Of a DNA stretch of 28,719 bases, positions 16,143 through 23,855 are shown piece after piece (the first letter of the stretch is position 1; each line of letters begins with the position of its first letter). Made by a program: the position numbers and the translations under genes. This stretch comes from a virus (taxonomy: Duplodnaviria > Caudoviricetes). The notes under the pieces are model-generated. The model did not search any database. It had not been told where the DNA came from and saw nothing but the letters and a program-made list of their open reading frames with translations. The stretch is taken from positions 1-28,719 of IMG/VR virus record IMGVR_UViG_3300043432_000047. The stretch is one strand, 5' to 3'.

Positions 16143-17309
16143 CTACTCCTCACACTGTTCTGAAAACAACGACACAAAATCTTCGCGGAAGGCGCCGGTT
16201 GTCGCGGGAAGTGGTCGAACGTCACCACCACAAACATCCACGATGCCCAGCCAATCATCGGCGAACTGGGTATGCGTGTAGACGAACACCGAGAACGCCT
16301 CGACTACGCACATCGTCACCACATCGGCCGCATCTACCCCGGAATCCCCGAACACGCGCAACTCCTCGTCGGTGATCACGATCGCCGAGGTGTCTGCGCC
16401 GGGCCACGTCAGTGGTAGCCCGAACGGTTCCAGCATGTATTCCAGACCCGACATGGGGGCGGTAAAACCAACTGAATGGATCGTGTCGCACGTTACCGTA
16501 GCTTCGGCGAAGTCTTGCGCCAATTCTACATAGGGTGGCGTATCCGTTCCAGCAACTACCGCGACAGCGAATAGCGTACCGGTTGGGGACGCTCGCGCGA
16601 AGTCGCAGAACGCCTCAGACGCGGCGTCACTATACGAGGACATAGATCCCGACACGTCAAGAATCAGATAATATCTATGTGCCCCGAAATCAGGCTCGTC
16701 TGTAAAACCGTCGCAATCGTTATCGATCCCGTCACAAAGCTCCGGTTCGGGATACACCGCGGGGACTTCCACCAACGACCCAGCCGAACAATATTGGACG
16801 CCTGGGAGGCATTGCCCACGACCTACAGTAAAGTCCGGGCCGTCGTAGAAAAACTCGGGGCTGAGATCGTTATCGACCTCACAATCGCAGTCGTTATCGC
16901 GCCCGTCGCAGACCTCGGCGGTGGGTGGGAATACGGCGACGCAGGTCGGCATCCCGTTCTGGCACGCAACAGTAGCCGGGCGGCAGTCTCCGCAAAAGAC
17001 ACCTTGGCAATCGGGAATATCCCCCATAAAGGCGTTTTCGTCTGTCTGTCCATCACAGTCGTTATCGAGCCCGTCGCAAACCTCGCCCGTAGGTGGAACG
17101 GTGCCGACACAAACAGGCTCTCCGCCATCACCGCACACCACGGCCCCCGCAGCGCATTCGCCTACGCTGCTGACCCGCGGGATTGCGGTTTCCATATCAA
17201 TCCAACACGCCTGCCCGGCTGGACAGTACGGCGACAAAATCGTATCGCACGGCCCGCACCCGCCCACGAAGATCAACACGAACGCGGCACAAAGCCCCCC
17301 GCGGATCAC
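16143..17309 (-). CDS. Cys-rich lipoprotein with three CDGxDNDCD (MopE-like metal-binding) repeats and a C-terminal VWA domain (388 aa)
   Basis: GTG start at 17309 (GTGA overlap) gives the signal MIRGGLCAAFVLIFVGG-C. Repeats EVCDGLDNDCDGQTDE, EVCDGRDNDCDCEVDN and ELCDGIDNDCDGFTDE. MIDAS motif LILDVSGSM and IVITDE. Confidence 0.85.
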   Translation of the reverse strand: MIRGGLCAAFVLIFVGGCGPCDTILSPYCPAGQACWIDMETAIPRVSSVGECAAGAVVCGDGGEPVCVGTVPPTGEVCDGLDNDCDGQTDENAFMGDIPDCQGVFCGDCRPATVACQNGMPTCVAVFPPTAEVCDGRDNDCDCEVDNDLSPEFFYDGPDFTVGRGQCLPGVQYCSAGSLVEVPAVYPEPELCDGIDNDCDGFTDEPDFGAHRYYLILDVSGSMSSYSDAASEAFCDFARASPTGTLFAVAVVAGTDTPPYVELAQDFAEATVTCDTIHSVGFTAPMSGLEYMLEPFGLPLTWPGADTSAIVITDEELRVFGDSGVDAADVVTMCVVEAFSVFVYTHTQFADDWLGIVDVCGGDVRPLPATTGAFREDFVSLFSEQCEE

Positions 17310-17674
17310 AGAGACACCCCCGGAACGGGCGGTGCACCGGACGCTTCTCCGCGCAGGACCCCGATGCTGAGACAGACCGGCGGTAGCGCAACTGCGTCGC
17401 AAGACATAGCGATCAACGCTTCCGAGCAAACGCCGGCCTCCGACGCCGTAATCCCAACAATCTCCGAACAGGCGGTGACCATGATGGCAGCACAGGATTC
17501 GTAGGGCCAGTTTCCACAAGCGCCCCCCTTGGCGCAGTAGGTCTGCATGACTGTCTCGCATGGGCTCGACGCCGGGGCGGATATGGTGGGTGTGGGAATG
17601 GGCGTAGGCGCCGTGGGGGTCGTTGCCACACACCCGAGGAATACTGCTACCGCCGCCAAGGAAAGAAACCGCAT
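17306..17674 (-). CDS. Cys-rich lipoprotein (122 aa)
   Basis: ATG 17674 with GGAGG. MRFLSLAAVAVFLG-C lipobox, Pro/Thr linker and a small domain with 8 Cys. Confidence 0.75.
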   Translation of the reverse strand: MRFLSLAAVAVFLGCVATTPTAPTPIPTPTISAPASSPCETVMQTYCAKGGACGNWPYESCAAIMVTACSEIVGITASEAGVCSEALIAMSCDAVALPPVCLSIGVLRGEASGAPPVPGVSL

Positions 17675-17675
17675 A

Positions 17676-18221
17676 CTACCTCCGCGCCGAAACGGCGACT
17701 GTCGTTTCCACCGAAACCCGCACACCTGGGATCGAGGCGCCCGCCTTGACGGCGGCCCGAATCGCCTTGAGATTCAACTCCCAATACTCGTCTGGGACGG
17801 CGTTAGGATCGACCACCTCGAACGTAACGTTCTTGCGCTCCGAGACGCCCTGTGCAGTAGGAGCCGCCTCCGCCGCGAGCGCGAGAGCGGTCACGTCCCC
17901 CTTGGCAACCTCGGCCAGCAGCGTCATTTCGCGGGCCTTCTCGGCAGCGAGAAACAGGCCCATCTTTTCCTTGAGGATCTTTTCCGCGACCTCGTACTTC
18001 TCGCGCACGCGGGAGAACAGATCGTTCGCCGCCTTCCACGCTTCGTACTGCGGCCCGACAATGCGCTTGCGTTCGGCCTCGATCTGGGCGAGTTGGGTCT
18101 TTACGTCGCGGGCGAGTTCCGCCGCGAAGGTGTAGTCCTCTTTGTTGTTGATACTGAGCGGCTGAAGGCGTGCGAGCACCTCTTGTGCTTCCGCAGAGAG
18201 TTGGGTCAGGACTTCAGACAT
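17676..18221 (-). CDS. Coiled-coil phage protein, siphovirus Gp157-like C-terminus
   Basis: Long helical hairpin followed by FEVVDPNAVPDEY...AIRAAVKAGASIPGV. Confidence 0.65.
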   Translation of the reverse strand: MSEVLTQLSAEAQEVLARLQPLSINNKEDYTFAAELARDVKTQLAQIEAERKRIVGPQYEAWKAANDLFSRVREKYEVAEKILKEKMGLFLAAEKAREMTLLAEVAKGDVTALALAAEAAPTAQGVSERKNVTFEVVDPNAVPDEYWELNLKAIRAAVKAGASIPGVRVSVETTVAVSARR

Positions 18222-18703
18222 GCTAGCGCCCACTTTCCAAGGCCAATGGCGTCCAGAACGTTGTGTTCCGTGCTCTTTGGCAACTTCAGAGCAGACAGTA
18301 GTCGCGCCTCATCCGGCGTCAAGGCGTGTCGGAGACGCTTCGTGAAAATCTCTTTCGGGACGGAACCTTTCCACTGTCGCGGCAGCGGGTTGTGTCGTTC
18401 AACGTGCGGCACACGCGCGAAGATCCCGCCGACGACCTGCGCCAACGGGATCAGGTCATTTGGGTCCGCCGTACCGGGGCGGCCGTAGATTTGCTGGCCC
18501 TCGACGACGAGGTGTTCGACCACAGCGTAAGGCATCGTCGTGAACCAAACTGCCACCGACAAAGCGGTATCGAAAGCGTCGTCGCCCTGGCGTAGGGCGC
18601 ATTGCATCAGATTCCCGTCCACGAAGTAGGCTACGCCACACGCCTTCTTGCCGGGGTCTACCGCTAGGATGGTTGTGGGGTCGCCGTTAGACTTATTGAA
18701 CAC
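18206..18703 (-). CDS. RuvC-like Holliday junction resolvase (RNase H fold)
   Basis: ILAVDPG, LVVEGQ, PRQWK and NVLDAIGLG motifs. Likely GTG start at 18703 with GGAGG. Confidence 0.8.
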   Translation of the reverse strand: MFNKSNGDPTTILAVDPGKKACGVAYFVDGNLMQCALRQGDDAFDTALSVAVWFTTMPYAVVEHLVVEGQQIYGRPGTADPNDLIPLAQVVGGIFARVPHVERHNPLPRQWKGSVPKEIFTKRLRHALTPDEARLLSALKLPKSTEHNVLDAIGLGKWALACLKS

Positions 18704-19289
18704 GCCGTACCTCCGCGAAGTCTTGTACGAGCACGCCGGTCTTGGAATCACGCATACCAGTCACCCCGACGCGCCGCCCGATCTCGACAACGACCAAAGC
18801 GTTACCCCCACCGGGGGAGGTCTTAGGGACCCACGCGCCCTTCCGATTCTGCTTGTAGAGCTTTTTTTGTAGGTTATCGGGGAGTTCTTCCTTGGGGGGC
18901 AAACCGAAACGGATGCGCTCGTCAAACAGGAACACCTCCGCGAGGCGACACGCCCGCGTGAACCACGCGACGCCAACCGCTGCTGGTACGAGCAACACCG
19001 CCCGCGCGCAGTTTTCGTGGAGGAGGACCTCCTCGCACGCCTTGACCACCCACGAACCGCAGTCCTCGTAGGGTGGGTTTACCCACACCCCCGCACCGGG
19101 GACCGCCCACGGTTGAACGAGCCCGTCACTCCCCTCGGAGCCGTCGTAGAACACCGGGCAAACAGCGTTGTCCTTATCCGCGGCGGCATCCAACCGACAC
19201 TCGAATTCGGCTACTAGATTGGTGGCTAGTTGGTTCGGCGTGCGCCACGCTTGAAAACTTGCGGACGAAACGTGCTTCATGTCGCTCAT
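18693..19289 (-). CDS. Phage DNA N6-adenine methyltransferase (phage Dam-like family)
   Basis: WRTP, LDAAA...NAVC, DGLVQPW, VWVNPPY, VLLVPA and RIRF motifs. ATG 19289 with GAGGG. Confidence 0.9.
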   Translation of the reverse strand: MSDMKHVSSASFQAWRTPNQLATNLVAEFECRLDAAADKDNAVCPVFYDGSEGSDGLVQPWAVPGAGVWVNPPYEDCGSWVVKACEEVLLHENCARAVLLVPAAVGVAWFTRACRLAEVFLFDERIRFGLPPKEELPDNLQKKLYKQNRKGAWVPKTSPGGGNALVVVEIGRRVGVTGMRDSKTGVLVQDFAEVRRVQ

Positions 19290-19308
19290 ATCTACCCTCT
19301 TAACATCC

Positions 19309-21261
19309 TCAAAGGTCCCACGCAATCAGTCGTCCGGCCGCGTACCGCGGCTTCGCGCCCTTGATCCAATGTGTCATCAACGTGGGCTCGGCTCTCCCCG
19401 GAATGTCGGGGCAGAATTCCTCGAAAGCCTTGACCATCAACCGCACCACTTCCGCGTTGGCCTCCGAAGCGACTTCGATTGGATGCTCGGCGAGGATCTC
19501 GTCGTGGACCAACACTAGCGGGCGTGAACGGAACAACGGTGACTTCGGTTCGGCGTAGGACGCCATCGAAACGAGGAACATGGCGTGCTTAGAAATGTCG
19601 CCGCCAAGGCCCTGGAATCCTGTGTTGCATCCATCCGTGAAGCCTACGTCGCCTCGTAGGCGCCGCGAGACGAACTGCTTGAACGGCTTACCTTGGTTGA
19701 CCAACCACGCGATATACTCGAAAAACCCGCCCGTCTCGGGGAAGGCGTTGAGCCACTCGTCCTTGTAGAAGTAGCACTCGTCTAGGGTTAGGTTCAGCCC
19801 GGCCATCTTAGCCATGACCTGGAACTTTTTGGCGCCGACCCCCCCGATCAGGGAGAAGTTCAGATTCTTGGCGATCTGGCGCGTGAGGGCGAATTCCTTA
19901 TCCTTCGTTTTGTGGAGTCGGAGAGATTCCTCGTAGGTGCGCTTGGTGAGGTGCCCGGCGAAGTAGCAATGTGGGTCCCAATCTGGGTCTTTCTTGAAGC
20001 CGTCGGCGAACGTCGACTTCCCCACGATCCACAAGCAACATTGCGCGAACGTCCGCAACTCCAACGCCGAGTAATCCGTCGAGGACAACCACGTTCCTGG
20101 TCGGGCGGCGATGCAATCGCGCACCCCGTCCGCGCGGGGGAAGTTCTGTAGGTTTGTTCCAACCTTGACGACGGCCCCATCTGCGCCCTCGGGCCACCAC
20201 GGGCTCGCTTCCTGCAACGTCGAGCCACCCCACGAGGTTCGCCCCGAGGCTACGAGAACGTTCGGACGGGAACCCATCGCCCCCGCCCCCGCGGCACGCA
20301 TGGGGAGGATGTAGGTGGAGTGGATCTTCGTGGCGTGGCCGTGCTCTACGAGGGCGCTAAGCCTAGGGTCGGCCTCGGCGATTTCGTCGATCGTTTCGGC
20401 GTTGGTTCGGATGGCGCCTTTGGGCTCGTCCTCTGGCTTAGCGCCCTCGGAGCGCCACTTCGTAATCTGCTTCTCAGTCGGTTCCGTGCGCGGGATCTCT
20501 CTCCCGAGCCGCCCACAGGCCGCCGAAACGGCTTCCTGCACCTTGGTCCTGTTCACAGATCCGTCTCGGAACAATCCGGCTTCGGTGAGGGTGCGTTCGC
20601 ACTCCTCTTTACTCGTGAGGAGGGCGACCTCAACCCATTGGAGGCGGTCCTGATCGATCACCACGCCCCAACAGGCCGCCAAATGCAGCACGAAGGCCGC
20701 TGCGACCTGGAAACCTTCGTCGTTGAAGGTTCCGTAGCGAGCCGTTTGTGCCTCGGAAACGGCGCGTAGCGCCGTAACGTCCTCTAGTGCGTACTTGCGG
20801 GCTTCGGCGGGCCACTCCTGCGGCGGAATGCCGTCAAGGAGCGCGTACTTGAGCCGCCAGGAGTCCGCGCCCTTGTCGAGTTCGAGTCCGGCGTAGGTCT
20901 TAGCGAGGTTCGCCAGGGTGAAGTAGCCCTTGCGTTGGCGGGTCAGATCCAGATCCCCCTTGAGGATGCGGATCAACGTCTCTCGAATCTGAGTGTCCCG
21001 GCCGCGCCCCGCGGCGAGCATACGGAAGATGGGCTGGATTAGGTCTTGGTTGTAGGCTGCCAGAACGGCGTAGTCGTAGGCACCATTATGGGCCTCTAGG
21101 AGGGTGTCCGGGCGGGTAACGGCGCCGTAGAAAGATTCGTCGTCAAGTCGGATGATGGGCTCCGCCGCATCGTAAGCCGACTGGACACACACCAACTTCG
21201 GCGCCATGAGGCCGGGCCGAATCGGGTAGGTTTCTGTGTCGAATCGGAAGATGCTGGTCAC
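19309..21261 (-). CDS. polA: Family A DNA polymerase with 3'-5' exonuclease (650 aa)
   Basis: Exo motifs FDTET, HNGAYD and YALED. NLQNFPR, motif A DYSALELR, motif B RQIAKNLNFSLIGG, motif C VHDEI. Start GTG 21261 (GTGA overlap), not 21447. Confidence 0.95.
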   Translation of the reverse strand: MTSIFRFDTETYPIRPGLMAPKLVCVQSAYDAAEPIIRLDDESFYGAVTRPDTLLEAHNGAYDYAVLAAYNQDLIQPIFRMLAAGRGRDTQIRETLIRILKGDLDLTRQRKGYFTLANLAKTYAGLELDKGADSWRLKYALLDGIPPQEWPAEARKYALEDVTALRAVSEAQTARYGTFNDEGFQVAAAFVLHLAACWGVVIDQDRLQWVEVALLTSKEECERTLTEAGLFRDGSVNRTKVQEAVSAACGRLGREIPRTEPTEKQITKWRSEGAKPEDEPKGAIRTNAETIDEIAEADPRLSALVEHGHATKIHSTYILPMRAAGAGAMGSRPNVLVASGRTSWGGSTLQEASPWWPEGADGAVVKVGTNLQNFPRADGVRDCIAARPGTWLSSTDYSALELRTFAQCCLWIVGKSTFADGFKKDPDWDPHCYFAGHLTKRTYEESLRLHKTKDKEFALTRQIAKNLNFSLIGGVGAKKFQVMAKMAGLNLTLDECYFYKDEWLNAFPETGGFFEYIAWLVNQGKPFKQFVSRRLRGDVGFTDGCNTGFQGLGGDISKHAMFLVSMASYAEPKSPLFRSRPLVLVHDEILAEHPIEVASEANAEVVRLMVKAFEEFCPDIPGRAEPTLMTHWIKGAKPRYAAGRLIAWDL

Positions 21262-21729
21262 GAAGGCGCCCAAGACGGATCGAGGATTTTCTCCCAACGT
21301 TGTTTTTGGCACGTTGGCTGATCTGTTCGCCTGGGGCCTGCTGTGTGGACCCACTGGCCGCCGCCCGAGATTCCGCTGAAAGTCCAACCAGCCGCCCGAA
21401 GCGTGGTTGCGGGCTCGCTTTCCAAAACAAACGTCTGAATCTTCCAATAGCCCGCCTCTTTGGCGATCCGCGCAGCAGCGGAGTAGAGCATCGAGCAGGC
21501 GTTCTTTGTTCCATCTGTTGCTAGGCGGGTCACTTCAAGTACCCGCTTCTGGTCCGTCTTGCGTGCGACGGGACGCCCGCACACGCAAACGCCCACAAGA
21601 CGATCTCCGTCCCAGAGAGAGAGAGAACCTGTGTCCGACTGCGGGTTTGTGATGCCTGTGTATCACTTCAATAAAGGCATTAGCTTCACGCAATTCACAC
21701 GGGCGCACTTTTAGTGAAGTGAAAGACAC
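21258..21729 (-). pseudogene. XF1762-family (Mom/GNAT-like) gene, frameshifted at a (CT)n tract; possibly phase-variable rather than dead
   Basis: GTG 21729 with AGGAG. Frame A reads MSFTSLKVRPCELREANAFIEVIHRHHKPAVGHRFSLS. Frame B reads WDGDRLVGVCVCGRPVARKTDQKRVLEVTRLATDGTKNACSMLY...LRAAGW. The frames join at the microsatellite and there are no other lesions. Confidence 0.85.
21614..21626. repeat. (AG)6A / (TC)6T dinucleotide microsatellite
   Basis: CCC-AGAGAGAGAGAGA-ACCT on the + strand. Coincides with the frame break. Confidence 0.9.
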
Positions 21730-21739
21730 GAGGGCTCCT

Positions 21740-21779
21740 AAAAATAGGGGGCGCCGCTGGAACAAGCAACGGCGCCCCC
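21740..21779 (-). terminator. Intrinsic terminator upstream of the XF1762-like gene
   Basis: Perfect 10-bp GC stem (GGGGGCGCCG 21747-21756 / CGGCGCCCCC 21770-21779) followed on the - strand by TATTTTT. Confidence 0.75.
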
Positions 21780-21802
21780 GCGGGCACTCCCCACTACAGA
21801 CC

Positions 21803-21880
21803 TGGGCAGGGGGGCGGTTCTTACCCGCCATTTCCAGGGCGCTACCCCGGCGACTTCTATTAGTCGACCCCCACGCACCC
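21803..21880 (-). ncRNA. Candidate tRNA-like four-way-junction RNA element
   Basis: Three adjacent hairpins (CGACT/AGTCG, CCGGGG/CCCTGG, GGCGG/CCGCC) closed by a G-rich/C-rich stem in a 187-nt intergenic gap. Lacks tRNA consensus bases. Confidence 0.35.
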
Positions 21881-21916
21881 GCCCGCCTCAGTCCGGGGCG
21901 CGTCAGACTCCCGCGA

Positions 21917-22411
21917 CTAGAGGTCCAGACCTTCGAGATCCTTCGCGGTCGGGAGCACGACCTCGTACTTCGTGAAGGTCTTGTTCGGATCGCCCTTCTG
22001 CGGGTCCTCCTGCGCGACGACAACGACGATCGCACCCACCAGCGGTTGCTTCTCGGACGTGAACTCCGTGGCGCGCTCAGCGGCCTCGGATTCCGAGCAC
22101 GACCCCTCGGCGCCGTGACCGACGCCGATCGACGTTCCGAGGGCCGACAGCGCCCGGCGCATACGGGCGAGATCGTCGTTCGGGTACTTGAATCCGAGAT
22201 TCATCGTACCCGTCTGGCCTACCTGACTGGCGTGCTTTTCGTTGCTGGACTTGAGGATCTCGCCGTCGATGCGGAACGACGCTCGCGGGATCTTGGCGGT
22301 CGGTTCTCGCCAGGTCACGCGAGACGCCTTGACGACGTGTCGTCCGCCCTTGAGGTAATTGGCGGCCGGGGTGCCGTCCGCGGAGCCGATCATGTCGAGA
22401 AGTGATGCCAT
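21917..22411 (-). CDS. Hypothetical protein, possible single-stranded DNA-binding protein (164 aa)
   Basis: AAGGA RBS, beta-rich OB-like pattern, followed by a terminator and located upstream of polA. Function is inferred from context only. Confidence 0.55.
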   Translation of the reverse strand: MASLLDMIGSADGTPAANYLKGGRHVVKASRVTWREPTAKIPRASFRIDGEILKSSNEKHASQVGQTGTMNLGFKYPNDDLARMRRALSALGTSIGVGHGAEGSCSESEAAERATEFTSEKQPLVGAIVVVVAQEDPQKGDPNKTFTKYEVVLPTAKDLEGLDL

Positions 22412-22460
22412 ATCTTCGTTTCCTTGGTTCGTGTGGTTCGTGGTTCTTAGTACGACGCGG

Positions 22461-22730
22461 TTAGGCGTCGCTCGTTTCGCGGATCTCTCCGCGAAGGAGT
22501 TTGCTGCGATTCGCCTGGGCCTCTTGCTCGGCCTTGCGATCCGCGGCGAGGCGTTCCGGCCCCGCGGGAGGGATGTGGGCGCGGCAGCCCAGGTCCTTCG
22601 ATCCGAAATAGTCTCTGAACGGGCTATCCGAGACGTGCGCCGGGCTCGCGTAGTGGTAGGCGTGCTTCGCCTTCCACAAGGCTAGATCCACGTCGCCGTC
22701 CGGGGGGATTACAACGGTCGGGTCAGTCAT
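22461..22730 (-). CDS. Hypothetical protein (89 aa)
   Basis: ATG 22730 with GAGG. Overlaps the upstream ORF end by 8 nt. Confidence 0.55.
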   Translation of the reverse strand: MTDPTVVIPPDGDVDLALWKAKHAYHYASPAHVSDSPFRDYFGSKDLGCRAHIPPAGPERLAADRKAEQEAQANRSKLLRGEIRETSDA

Positions 22731-23061
22731 TGGAACCTCGCGCAGGGAGTGTAATCCCGGTGGGTGGGAACGGCAAGTCCGGAAAGCACTCCGGCAGATC
22801 CGTATCCGGGGGGCGGGTGAAGGTGGGTGCGGCGTTTTGCCGCGCAAGGGCTAGGTGCCGAAGCCGCTGGGGAGCCGCGGCCTTTTCTAGTTCCGTCTCG
22901 ACACGGTTATGGACGCCGCGCCAGAACGAGCACAGCGCCTCCGCAGCCTTCGCGCGTGGGCCTTTGGCGGGCGCCCTACTAAGAGCGCGTTCGGCTTTCC
23001 CCCACCGCTCCCAGGCGAATACCAACACCCGCGACATTTCGGCCAACCGATTCGTATCCAT
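22723..23061 (-). CDS. Hypothetical protein (112 aa)
   Basis: Strong AGGAGGT RBS before ATG 23061. Confidence 0.65.
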   Translation of the reverse strand: MDTNRLAEMSRVLVFAWERWGKAERALSRAPAKGPRAKAAEALCSFWRGVHNRVETELEKAAAPQRLRHLALARQNAAPTFTRPPDTDLPECFPDLPFPPTGITLPARGSND

Positions 23062-23092
23062 CTTTTACCTCCTGACGTGAGCGTAGCCACGA

Positions 23093-23845
23093 TTACCGGC
23101 CCGTCAAGACCTTGATCTCGTAGGAATTGAGTGTGATTGCGTCAATATCCGGCACTACAACCGGATCCTGGTGTGGGACGCCGGTGTTCTTGAACTCCCA
23201 CGCCATGACGACGTAGCGAATTGTGCTGCCGCCCCACGTCAGGGTCGTGCCGGTACTGCCGAGCGCGGCACAGATTTCGACGCCGTTGTCGGGATCTGCG
23301 TGAGCGGCGTTGGCCTGCTGGGTAAACCCGGTCGGCGCCGAGAGCGGCGCCGGGGTGCGAGACGCGACGACGCCAACGATCACGCTCGACGACAGCGGGG
23401 CTGAGGCAAATGTTACCGTCGGTGTCGTCGAGGAGTCGCTATTGGAATAGGTGAACTTGTATGTGTTCTGTCTACAAGCATTCGCGCCATAAGCGGTTGC
23501 GTTCTTGATCAGGAGTACATGAATCGTGCAGCCAGTTGCGGTCGGGCTGGTGATCGCGACCGTTACGGTGCGCGCCGTAGCCGTCGGGGCTGACGGGCAG
23601 ACGTACCCCCACGCACCGTGCCATCTGAACGGATCGTATCGGGTGTCATAGGTCGGATTGAACCACCCGCCGTAGTAAGCACCATCGACGCTATCGGAGA
23701 CCGTTAGGTTGTTGGGGTTGCCAACGTCCGCGAGCGTTGCGACGACGAAGATCAGATCGCCGGCCTCGGGCGTGAACGAGGGCGTCGTGTAGCTCGTGGC
23801 GTTCGTGGTCGTGACGAGCGATGCGGCCAGATGAACCTGAGACAT
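23093..23845 (-). CDS. Thr/Ser/Ala-rich all-beta protein resembling phage virion accessory/adhesin domains (250 aa)
   Basis: ATG 23845 with AGAGGA. Two related halves (TSYTTPSFTPEAGDLIFVVA and TTPTVTFASAPLSSSVIVGVVA). Confidence 0.65.
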   Translation of the reverse strand: MSQVHLAASLVTTTNATSYTTPSFTPEAGDLIFVVATLADVGNPNNLTVSDSVDGAYYGGWFNPTYDTRYDPFRWHGAWGYVCPSAPTATARTVTVAITSPTATGCTIHVLLIKNATAYGANACRQNTYKFTYSNSDSSTTPTVTFASAPLSSSVIVGVVASRTPAPLSAPTGFTQQANAAHADPDNGVEICAALGSTGTTLTWGGSTIRYVVMAWEFKNTGVPHQDPVVVPDIDAITLNSYEIKVLTGR

Positions 23846-23855
23846 TTCGTTCCTC

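Noticed and set aside
17310-17633. N-terminal 108-aa extension of the VWA lipoprotein in the ORF track
   Set aside because: It overlaps the upstream lipoprotein gene. GTG 17309 gives a clean signal peptide and a GTGA overlap.
16677-18488. Long plus-strand ORFs (16677-17504, 17547-18488) and similar ones such as 27165-27941 and 26072-26833
   Set aside because: Antisense shadows of motif-bearing minus-strand genes, expected in GC-rich DNA. They have no recognisable motifs.
19309-21261. Possible DpoZ / Z-genome system
   Set aside because: No purZ, datZ or mazZ-like gene is visible in this window, and the F762-equivalent residue is retained. It cannot be excluded for the rest of the genome.
21262-21447. 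N-terminal extension of the DNA polymerase
   Set aside because: It overlaps the XF1762-like reading frame. Exonuclease motif I begins right after GTG 21261.
21803-21880. Canonical tRNA gene
   Set aside because: It lacks the TTCRA T-loop, D-loop GG, U33 and a clean 7-bp acceptor stem. Kept only as a tRNA-like candidate.
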